Shown here piece after piece: positions 38,701-50,700 of a DNA stretch of 64,000 nucleotides (the first letter of the stretch is position 1; every line of letters starts with the position of its first letter). Below the pieces are notes generated by a model. It made no database searches. It saw only the letters and a program-made list of their open reading frames with translations, and was not told the DNA's origin. The translations under genes and the position numbers were made by a program. The stretch is from the NCBI RefSeq assembly GCF_036365525.1, contig NC_090382.1:33401298-33465297 (forward strand). The letters are read 5' to 3'. Origin of the DNA: Heterodontus francisci (taxonomy: Eukaryota).

Positions 38701-41700
38701 GTACAGAGATGTCAACAAAACTCGTCAGAAGTTTTCATTTATTCAACAGTATCTGAATCAGTGACACATTCTGATAGCAATTTTGTGAATAATTATATCC
38801 TTACATTCGCTTAATACTGAGGCATCCTTAGTGGCAAGACCTGAGACCTTTTGCATTTAGTTAATGACATCAGTCATGTAAAATTGTACCCTTCAGTTTA
38901 GCATTAAACTATACAGAACAGTAGGTCCTGCATTAGATCCTATGTTTATACTGAGTCGATTGGTCTCAATACTGGCAATAGTTGGAACTGTATAATATGT
39001 CTCAGTGCTCCTGGATTATCTGCTTACTGTTCAGTGAGCCCTGCTGGAAAGTGCATGTGTGAACATTGGGTGTGGGCTAGAGCAGGATTGGCTGTGAATC
39101 CTTCAGATAATCTCCAACATTCATTGTTTAGTCAGTTGACTGAGATACCATAGGGTGTTCTGCACCCATATCCCACTCAGAGTTGGTGCCTTCCTAAAAA
39201 GTTGAAAAAAATCACACCGGTCACATTTATTTTCGTTATACAAATCTGACAAACCCCTGTCGTCTCTACAAATTTATTATAGAAAAGTATGATAAATCCT
39301 TTCACATAAATTGTTCTCCCTCCTGTGTAATAGTTTGTTGTTACGTGTAATCCATGTTTGTCAATATAGTTTTCAGCGTAGCTATTTCACTGGTTGCCAT
39401 GTTGGCTATATTCCACAACTCTTGGACTCTGCTCTTGAACACATTTATAAAATTTTTGACTGGGTCTACCTGTATGCATTTCTAATAGCCAGGGGTTCAT
39501 ACCAGTGATGACTTCCTCATATCATTCAAACTATCTAACTTTTGCTGCTGATTGCACACTCTGTCAACTTTGTTTATATTGGGTGTCTGCAGTGATTATA
39601 GTCTCTAGTGCTCATTTAATTCCTCCTGCATGTTTAGTCAACAAGAAGCACCTCTTGCCTTGATGGCACCCCTGTGTCCTGAGTCTTCATCTGTTGACAT
39701 TCTTCTTGTCTTGGAGCCTCCATATCTCCATCAGAAGGACTCACTGCAAAGAGCTCCGTTCCTTGTCTCATGCCAAACTCTATTCCTCTGGACCAGAAAT
39801 CTGTACAAATCTGAGTAAAGCTTCTAAAGCTAGAGAGGCTCTCCCAGCATATCTCTCACTTCTGGTCAGGTTACAAGAAAAAGCTGGTCATCTGACAACG
39901 TGACCTTTCCCTCCTGTCTAGCTTCCAATGTCCATTGTAATCTTTCATGTCTTTCTTTACTTTTACAATAATGTATTCCTGCTTAATTCCATTTTGTATC
40001 AATTGTGCTCACAAGTTGATGCACGCTACCTCTGATTAGTTTTTTTGGATTACGTGACTTCTTGTCAGGATCACTTTCAGGTGTAGCAGTGTCAACAAGC
40101 AAACAAGGGAGTGAGAGCAATAAGGTTGAAGTTGAGTTTGAAAGACACTCCTGAGTGTGTAAATATTTAATATTGGCTTTGCTACTCGAGCTATTAAGTC
40201 ACCCTCACTTGAAGGATAAATTGTGTGGTTTATCTAATTAATTATTTGTAGCTATCTTTGGGTATGTTCTTTTCTCCAATAAAGGGACCAAGTTAGGGCA
40301 ATTTTTTTGAATACTACATCAAATTCTCCTTTTAAATTGCTCTTGAAGTAAAAGTATACAGGCTCCTCAAGATCATTTCAAGTTGTAGTTATGCTTAAAG
40401 AATTTAATTTATGAGGAAGACAGAAAGCAGGAAACTACAGGCTAGTTAGCTTAACGTCTGTCCGGGAAAATGCTGGAATCTATTATTAAGGAAGTCATTT
40501 AGAAAATATCAATGCAACCTGGTTTTTTGAAAAGGAAATCGCGTTTGACTAATTTATTAGGTTACTAAGCAAAATAAGAGCCCATGGTATAGGGGGTAAC
40601 ATATTAACATGGATAGAGGATTGGTTAGTCATCAGGAAACAGAGAGTAGGGATAAATGGGTAATTTTCAGGTTGGCAAGCTAGAACTAGTGGAGTGCCAC
40701 AGGGATCAGTGCTGGGGCCTCAATTATTTACAATCTATATCAGTGACTTGGATGAAGGGACAGAATATATGATTGCTAAAGTTGCTGATGACACAAAGAG
40801 TAAGTTGTGAAGAGGACATAAGGAGTCTGCAAAGGGATATAGAGAGGTTCAGTGAATGGGAAAAGATTTGGCAGATGGTGTATAATGTGGGTAAGTGTGA
40901 ACTTGTCCACTTTGGTTGGAAGTATAGAAAAGCAACATATTATTTAAATGGCGAGAGATTGCAGAAAACTGAGATGCAGATAGATCTGGGTGTCCTAGTA
41001 CATGAAACACAAAAAGTTAGTATGCATGTACAGCAAATGATCAAGAAGGAAAATGCAATGTTGTCGTTTATTGCAAGGGGAATTGAATATAAAAATAGAG
41101 ATGTTTTGCTAAGGTTGTACTGGGTATTGGTGAGACCACATTCGAACATACGAATTAGGAGCCGAAGTAGGCCATTTGGCCTCTCAAGCCTGCTCCGCCA
41201 TTCACTAAGATCATGGCTGATCTGTTTGTGTCTCGAATTCCACACACCCATCTACCCCTAATAACCTTTGATTCCCTTGTCTAACAAGAATCTATCCACC
41301 CCACCATAAAATTATTCAATGACCCTACCTTCTGAGGCAGAGAGTTCCAAAGTGGCACAACCCTCTGAGAGAAAAAATTTCTCCTCATATCTGTCCTAAA
41401 AGGGCAACCTCTAATTTTAAAACAGTGCCACCTAGTTCTGGACTCCCCCACAAGAGGAAACATCCTTTCCACATCCACCTTGTCAAGACCGTTCAGGATC
41501 TTATATACTTCAGTCAAGTCTCCCCTCACTCTGCTAAACTCCAGTGAAAACAAGCCCAGTCTGTCCAACCTTTCCTCATAAGACAACCCACTCATTCCAG
41601 GTATCAATCTAGTAAACCTCCTCTGAATTGCCTCCAACACATTCATATCCTTCCTTTAAATAAGGAGACCAAAACTGCCGGCTATTCGAGATGTCGTCTC

Positions 41701-44700
41701 ACCAGTGTCCTGTATTACTGAAGCATAACATCCTTACTTTTATTTTGAATTCCTCTCGTAATAAAGGATAGCATTCCATTCACCTTCTTTATTACTTGCT
41801 GTACCTGCATACTAACTTTTTGTGACTCGTGTACTAGAACACCTAGATCCCTCTGTACCTCGGAGTTCTGCATTTGTTCTCCGTTTAAATAATACTTGGC
41901 TTTTTTATTCTTCCTGCCAAAGTGAACAATTTCACATTTTCTCACATTATACTCCATCTGCCAGATTTTTGCCCACTCACTCAACCCATCCATATCAGTC
42001 CGCAACCTCCTTCTGTCCTCTTCACAACATACTTTCCTACCTATCTGTGTGATCTGCAAATTTAGCTATCATGCCATCGCTCCCCTCATCTAAGTCATTG
42101 ATATAAATTGTAAAACGTTGAGGCCCCAGCACAGACCTCTACGGGACTACACTCGTCACATCCTTTCAATCAGAAAAGGACCCATTTATGCATACTCTGC
42201 TTTCTGCCAGCCAGCCAATCTTCTATTCATGTTAATATGTTACCCCCTACACCATGAGCTCCTACTTTGCACAATAACCTTTTATGTGGCACCTTGTCAA
42301 ATACCTTCTGGAAATCCAGTACATCGAGAGTATTCTGTACAGTTTTGGTCTCCTTATTTAAGAAAGAATATAATTGCTTGGAAGCAGTTCTGAGAAGGTT
42401 CACGTGACTGATTCCTGGGGTGAGACAGTTATCTTATGAGGAAAGGTTGGACAGGTTGGGTCTGTATTCACTGGAGTTTAAAAGGATGAGAGGAGATCTT
42501 ATTGAAACATACAGATCCTGAGGTGGATGTTGAAAGTGTGTTTCCCCTTGTGGGAGAGACTAAAACTAGAGTTAGACGGTACAGTTTAAAAATAAGGGGT
42601 CTCCCATTTAAGACCGAGATGAGAAATTTTTTCTCTGAGGGTTGTGAGTCTGTGGAGCTCTCTTCCCTGGAAAGCAATGGCGGCAGGGCCATTAAATGTT
42701 TTGAAGGCTGAGGTAGACAGATTCTTGACAAACAACGGAGTCAAAAGGTATTGGGGGTAGGCAAGAAAGTGGAGTTGAGTCCACAATCTGATTAGCCATG
42801 ATATAGAATGGCAGAGCAGGCTTGAGGGGCCAAACAGCCTACTCCTGCTCCTAGTGTATTTGTTCGTATATACGTAGAATTTGACTTAAGCAACTTTTGA
42901 ATTAAAAAGAGTACACCGTAATTCCAATCGAGCAATTTTCTTTACAGTAGTTGTGGAAATTGTGTTTGTTATAAATCCATTCCCATTTTTATTTTTCTAT
43001 TAGAACATGAAGCCTGAGCTGAGCTACTTGGCTCACAATCTCTGTGAAATTGACAAGTATCGAGTGGAAACCTGCTGTGTGATTGGTGAGCATGATTGTC
43101 TCAGACAGGAAACTGCCTTTTCAATTCAAAACCAAAGCACTCGTTCTGGTTTGCAGTCAGTCCATTTAACCCATTTTTAGTTTGTGCGCCTGTTGAGACT
43201 CTCATGTTTTTTTTTAACCCATGTTTTCTTGATTTCCTCAATCTTTTCTGCATTAACTGCTTTTTGCAGTGCCCCTCTGAAACAAGGTTCATCTTTGATA
43301 TTTACCTATCTCCCTTTCTTCCACTCTCCATGCAACGTTCCTGTACTCTGCTTGATGGTGGCATTCTGAGATTGAGAATTCTGTGTTAAGGATCACTAGT
43401 CCATTCCATTGACTTGTCACCCACTGGCACAGTGTACCTGGGCTCCAATGTGCCACTTGGCATTCAGTTCTTTAGAAGGATTTAATTGTAGTCACCTGAA
43501 AGTCCACTGTGGAGCAGCCACATTCTTTCTCTGTCTCCCACCCAAACCCTTCTTCAAAGACCACTGCGAAATCAAAGAGAAAAATTCTCCCGTATGCCAC
43601 GAGGGAGTTGAATGGAATTGAGAATTGCCCCTTTCACAAGACCAATGGGAATTGGATGTATCAGAGAGTTTGCTGTATGGGGAATTAATTGCAGGTGCAT
43701 AGATTCATTCTTCCACCTTGTGTTGCTACATGATACCCTGATGTACTTTACGGCTGAGTGGAGCAATACAGAAATGTAAACTGTTGAGATCAGTCAATTC
43801 TACTAGCATTGAAAAATTAACAGTGAAGTCTCCATTTACAAGTTGTCTATATTTTATCCCCTCCATTTGTTAAGATATGGCTTCACAGATGCCAGTACTT
43901 GACCCAAGTGGGCACTTTTCATGTGAGAAGAATATTGTTGTTCAACTATAGAGGGCATAATATTGAAGCCTGATCTTGTTCTTCTCCAGGGTGACACGCA
44001 TTTTCTACCAGTGGTCACTCGATAACAATGATGGATGGAAATGTGATATTTTTCCCCTTTCCTGGCTAAGAATTCTCAAACAAATTGTAGGACTCCAACT
44101 GCTGCCCTGCTCAGGTCACTTGACTGTGCAGATCAATATTTGATCCTCGGACCTCAGGTCTCTGTGGTTTAGAGCTGTTGTATCTAAATTGTGAATCCAA
44201 TGTTCTTTCTCTTTATCAAGGCAATTACTACAGTTTAAGGTCGCAACACGAGAAAGCAGCCTTGTACTTCCAAAGAGCACTGAAGTTAAATCCTCGCTAC
44301 CTTGGTGCCTGGACACTAATGGGTCATGAGTATATGGAGATGAAGAACATACCAGCAGCTATTCAGGCCTACAGGTACACTATCCAATTAATTGACAGTT
44401 CACATTGAAAATCTAACTCTCTTTAAACTGGTACATATCCAAGCATTAAATTTCAGTATTCTGCATCCCTTTTCCATTCATTCACAACAGAAAACTGACT
44501 AATGCATCAGTCCCCATGCTGTAGGACAGATTTGGTCACAAGAGGGGAACTATGCTTATGTAAGATCTTTGGCTTGAAAGTTGCGAATCTGTCACTAGCA
44601 GCATCTATAACTTTGCCACCAGCCCTATCCATGGCACCAGAGGTAACCTCTCTCTCAGAATTTCCTTGTCTCCAACGGCAAGAAGGAAGATTACTTTACA

Positions 44701-47700
44701 AATCAGAGTCGCCTCTACTGGGAGGCAGTCTTATGATTGTAAGGGTCATTATTGTGCAGCCCCATCAATTAAATTGGTACATCAGATCCTGGCAGTATTT
44801 TAAACCCATCAAAGTGTTGAAATAAATACTGAATTCTTAGGACCATTAGGAACAAGGGTGGCCATTCAGCCCCTTGAGCCTGTTCAAACATTTGCTTAAA
44901 TCATGGCTGATCTGTGCCTCAATTCCCTTGGTACCCATATCTGATAAAGTGCCAATCTGAAGTATTGAAAATTTAAATTGACCCTGCATCCACAGCCTTT
45001 TGGGGAATGAATTCCACATTTCCACTACTCTTCGTGCAAAAAAACTTTTCACTCCTAAATAGCCTAGCTTTAATTTTAAGATTTTGTTGCCATATTCTGG
45101 ACTTCCCCACCAGTGGAAATAGCTTCTTTGTATCTACTCTGTTGAATCCTTTCATCATTTTAAACACCTCAATTAGATCACCCAATCAACCTGAACTCAG
45201 TTGAGGACAAGTCAAGTTTATGCAACTGGCACTTATAGTTTAACCCTTTAAGCACTTGATATAATTCTGTTGACTCTGTTCCCCATCTGAGGCCAGTACA
45301 TCCTTCCTGAGGTGTGATGCCCAAAACTGATGCAGTACTCTAGATGGAGTATGACCAAGGTTCTGAGATCGATGTCTTCAGTTTGCTGTGTTGCCCACCA
45401 AGGAGCATCCTGCACCAATTATTCCTTGTGTCCCTGCAGACATGCCATTGAGGTGAACAAACGAGATTACAGGGCTTGGTATGGACTGGGACAGACCTAC
45501 GAGATCCTCAAGATGCCATTTTACTGTTTGTATTATTACAGACGAGCCCATCAGCTGAGGTAAGCCACTGAAGAGAACAAGGCTGCAGCTGAACTAAAAC
45601 TTCTGTTAGCATGTTCCATCTGTAGTTTGAGAAGATTCTGAATCAATATGACTTTTCCCCACAGACCCAATGACTCTCGAATGCTCATTGCTTTGGGTGA
45701 ATGTTATGAAAAGCTGAATCAGCTGGCTGAAGCCAAGAAGGTACTTTCCAGTCTTGTTTTTATTCAGAAGCTAAATTGACTTTTCAAGTGGCACTGCAAA
45801 CAATGGTAGCATATTAGAGCTTTACTAGAGAAATAGGTCTGTGAGAAGCAGAGGTCTGAAATCTGTTAATCATCAAAAGGGTGAAGTTGATTATAATGAA
45901 GCCAGAATACAAGCCTCAGACCTTGCAGGTGCAATTTTGTTCTTCGATAAAAGTCTCTGTGATAAAAGTGAAAGTTCTATCATTTTTATTTCCTTTTTTT
46001 AAAATCACACTCATTAGAAATGCCTGTATGATCCTTAACGATTATTTGGATGTTATTTGTCACCATAATATCATTGGTTATTCCCAATTTACTCTTTAAG
46101 AAATGTTGAAGCTGGGGTGAGCTGGTTAGATATTCCAGGCATTTATACCTGTGCTCAGTTCAATGCAGTAGACCAAATTGTGACAACCCCTGCTTAAATT
46201 TAGCCACCTAACCACACTCACTAGCATATTTTAGGAGGCCTGGAGGTATAACATATAGTGTTGTCCAACCTGCTCGTTAGAGGCTCCTAAAATTAAACTA
46301 ATTACTTGTCTTCCTTTCTATTTTTCATTGGCAGTGTTACTGGAGGGCGTTTTCTGTTGGTGATGTAGAGAAAATGGCTTTGGTGAAGCTAGCAAAGTAA
46401 GTACTAATCAGTGGGGAGTTCTTGCCTCCATTGCAGATGATTTAGAAAAGTCCTATACTGCTTACTTCAAGCAGACTATTTTGCAATTAAATGTTTTCAC
46501 TTCCAGTTGTGAGAGAGTCTGTTTTATTGTTTTGTCAAAAGGAGTATGATGTAAAAGGTTATTAGAGCTATGGAAGTCCCAGAATAGAATGATCCCAGAA
46601 ATAAGAGGTATATAGCTATGAAGGCTTGAAATGTTGGAACTCTTATCAGTGGAATGGAGAAGGTTAAGATGACTGAAGTTTTCATAATTTTGAAAAGTTT
46701 CGAGAGGTTAAATAGTGAAAGATCACTATTAATGGTTAGCAGTTGGTAACAAGGGCATAGACTCTTCATTTAGAAGAATAATGGCACACAGATAAGGATT
46801 AACCACTTGGTAAGATAAATGAGGTGCACTGGCTGGTATCTGTAGGAATGTATCTCATCAAGGAGTCCATGCAGCAGGAGAAGAGAAAAGTGGTGTTAAA
46901 AATGGGAAGAAGTGACTTTTTTTTAATCCAAAGTTTCCCTGGATCAGTTATGACTGCCTGCATAGCTACCAATTCCATTCTGAACCAGTTGCTAAGAATA
47001 GGCAGTAGTGACCAGGGGAATACACAACTAAGCCTGGAAACTCAGTGACATGAGAGAAATCAAACCTATATGCCTCTGCTCTGTACCAATACACTGGCTT
47101 CCTGACGGGGTCTAAATAGGGGATCAGACACCAGGAAACATTAAGCAGCACTTCAATTTCCCAAGTCTGAGATCTCAGTACTATCTAACTGTATTGCGAG
47201 TTCTTTTACACAAGATATTTTATTCTGTTGGTAGCCAAACAGAAATTTCACTGAATTGTGGAATTTGCAGGAATATGAACAAAAGAGCTCGCTGTGAAGC
47301 ACCTTCAGTTGTTTGAGGTTTCACTTGGCGTAGCCTCCCAGCATTGCTAGTGCAGGGTCCAGAACTTATTGTTTTGATTGGCTTATACTGATTTAATGTC
47401 TCTTTCCTTCCATAACATTGCAGAATTCACGAGCAGTTAGGTGAATCAGATCAAGCGGCTCAGTGTTACATCAAATATGTCCAAGACATCTGTGACTGTG
47501 GGGTAAGACTTCTCTAGGGTTCATGTGGAGCTGGCACTGGCAGGCCCAAACTGGCACAGATTACACAAGGCCTTGGTTCCACAAGAGCTTTTATACTGCT
47601 TTTTGCAACAAAGTTTAAAAGGAAAACTTCAGACTTCACCCTCCAGTATTTATCTATGTACTGTATCCCTCCACTCTTTTAAAACTTAACAGAAGGTGAC

Positions 47701-50700
47701 AATCAGGTCTGTCTTTGCAGCATTTTTAAGACTGAAGTGTTCCACAAAGCAAATAATTCCAGCTGTTCAATGAACATAGGACAGGAGTAGGCCCTTGAGC
47801 CTATTTCACCATTCAGTGAGATCATGGCCGATCTGCGATTTAACTCCAATTTCCCCACCTTTGCCACAAATCCCTCACTAACTTTGGCTAACAAAACTAT
47901 AACAATCTCAGTTTTAAAATTAACAATTGATCTAGCATCAATTGCTGCTTGCAGAAGAGAGTTCCAATCTTCTACCACCCTTTGCATGTCAAGGTTTCCT
48001 AATTTCACTCATGGAAGGTCTGGCTCTAATTTTTAGACTATGCCCCCAGTTCTAAACTTCACAACCAGCAAAAATAGTTTCTCTCCATCTAACTGCTCCC
48101 CTTAAGGCCAGCATTCTATTTGCCTTTTCTATTTTCTGTATCTGTTCATAATGTTTTAATGATTTTCTGTACCTTGACCTCTGAGCCACTGTTCCTAGCT
48201 TTTCACCATTTAGAATGTACTCTGCTTAACCTTTTTAGGTCCATATTTGCCCAAATTGAAATCCATTAACCACTGTTTTGCCTATTCACTTAATCTATGA
48301 ATATCCCTGTAATTTTATACTTCCATCTTTACTGCTTACATTGCTGTCCATCTTTGTGTCATTGGCAAACTTAGATATGTGGCTTTTTATCCCATCATCT
48401 AAGTCATTAATAAATATGGTGGATAGTTGAGGTCCCAACACAAATTCTTGTGGGACGCTAGTCACCTCATGCCAATTAGAGTACCTGCCCATTATCCCTA
48501 GCGTCTGTCTCCTGCTATCCAGTCAATTTCCTAACCAAAGTGACTCCTGACAACACAGAACATGTGTAGAGTGATCGCAGACGTCATCAGTGTGTCCAAA
48601 CATTTGCCAGCCTGTTAGTATGAATGCGCACACATGATTGTTCCCTGCTCCTCGCTTTCAGATCACCCTTTATTTTTCTTTGTATGTTTCCCATTTGCCA
48701 GGATCTGTGCTTTTTATTCCTTTGTTTTATGTTCTTTAGCTGTCCATGGTTTGTTTTGGGCAAGTAGTGTTCTTGCCCCTTAGGGGCTTAAACTGGTTCT
48801 GTATTACAGATTCTTTCGAACACCTCCCACTAATCTGTCATTTTACCCAGTTTACTGTCTCATCCCTTTGAGGTCAGCCTTACCTAAATCTAGAATCTTA
48901 GCTGTTTTGCATTTCTCCCTTTCAAACCCTACATTGCACTTGATATTGTGATTGTTATTAGATAAATGTTGATGCACTGTTAGGTTGTTTAACTAAATCT
49001 GGCTCATTACTTTTTACTAAATCTAACATGGCATGTCCCCTTGTCATCTCTAAGAAATAGGTCATTTAGAAAAACATAATGCAATCAAACAGTCAATATG
49101 GTGTTATGAAAGGGAAACCATGTTTGACAAATTTGTTAGAGTTCTTTGAGGATATAACAAGCAGTGTATAAAGGGGACCCGGTAGATGTAGTGTATTTGG
49201 ATTTTCAGAAGGCGTTCGATAAGGTGCCACACAAAAGGCTATTGCACAAAATAAGACCTCAGGGTATTGGGGGTAATGTGTTGGCATGGATTGAGGGTAA
49301 CACACAGAAGGCAGAGGGTTGGGATTAATGGGTATTTCTCAGGTTGGAAAGCTGTAACTAGTGGGGTGCCACAAGGATCGGTCCTAGGGCCTCAACTATT
49401 TACTATCTATATTAATGACTTGGAGGAAGGGACAGAGTGTAGTGTATCCAAATTTGCTGACGATACAAAAATAGATGGGAAGGCATGTTGTGATAAGGAC
49501 ACAAAGAATCTGCAAAGGGATAGAGATAGATTAAGTGAGTGGGCAAAAACTTGGCCAGTGGAGTTCAATGTGGGGAAGTATGAGGTAATCCATTTTGGTA
49601 GGAAGAATAAAAAGGCAGATTATTATTTAGATGGAGAAAGACTACAAAATACTGCAGTACAGAGGGATCTGAGTGTTCTTGTACATGAAACACAAAAAGT
49701 TAGCATGCAGATGCAGCAAGTAATGAAGAAGGCAAATGGAATTTTGGCCTTTATTGCTAGGGGGTTAGAGTTTAAAAATAGGGAAATCTTGTTACAGCTG
49801 TACAGTGTGTTGGTGAGGCCACACCTAAAGTACTGCATACAGTTTTGGTCCCTGTATTTAAGGAAGGACATATTAGCACTGGAGGCAGTTCAGAAAAGGT
49901 TCACTAGGCTGATTCCTGGGATGAAGGGGTTGTCTTATCAAGAACAGCTATACTGGTTAGGCCTTTATTCATTGGAGTTTAGAAGAATGAGAGGTGATCT
50001 TATTGAAACACAAGATTCTTGGGGAGCTAGACAGGGTAGATGTTGAGAATATGTTTCCACTGGTGGGGGAATCTCAAACTGGGGGACATAGTTACAGAAT
50101 AAGGGGTCATAATTTAAAACTGAGATGCGAAGGAATTTCTTCTGAGGGTGGTGAATCTCTGGAATTCTCTACCTCAGAGTTGTGGAGGCTAGGTCACTAA
50201 ATGTATTTAAAGAGGAGGTAGACAGATTTTTGAAATCTTGGGGAGTTGAGAGCTATGAGGAGCTGACATGAAAGAGTTGAGACCTGGGGAAGCCAAGATC
50301 TTATTGAATGGTGGGGCAGGCTTGAGGGGCTGAATGGCCTACTCCTGCTCCTATTTCTTATGTTCTAGGAGTTTGTTGCAGAAAACTATCCGAGACACGC
50401 TGAAAAAATTCACTACCTTTGACATATACTAGTCTGCTGATCTGAATCAATACAAAAATTAAAATCCTCCATTAAAACCACTCTGCCTTTATATTTATCC
50501 TTCTTAAAGCACGGAGCCCAGAACTGGACATAGTATTTCAGCTGAGGCCGAACTAGTTTCTTATACAATCTATCACTTCACTGTCGCTACCAGGGGGCCT
50601 ATACACAACTTCTACTCAAGTCTTAAGTGGTGATTAGTCTAAAGGCAGGTCCTCTACTCACTTCTGCATGCCTCATGATCCTGCATCTTTCTTTTCAGTT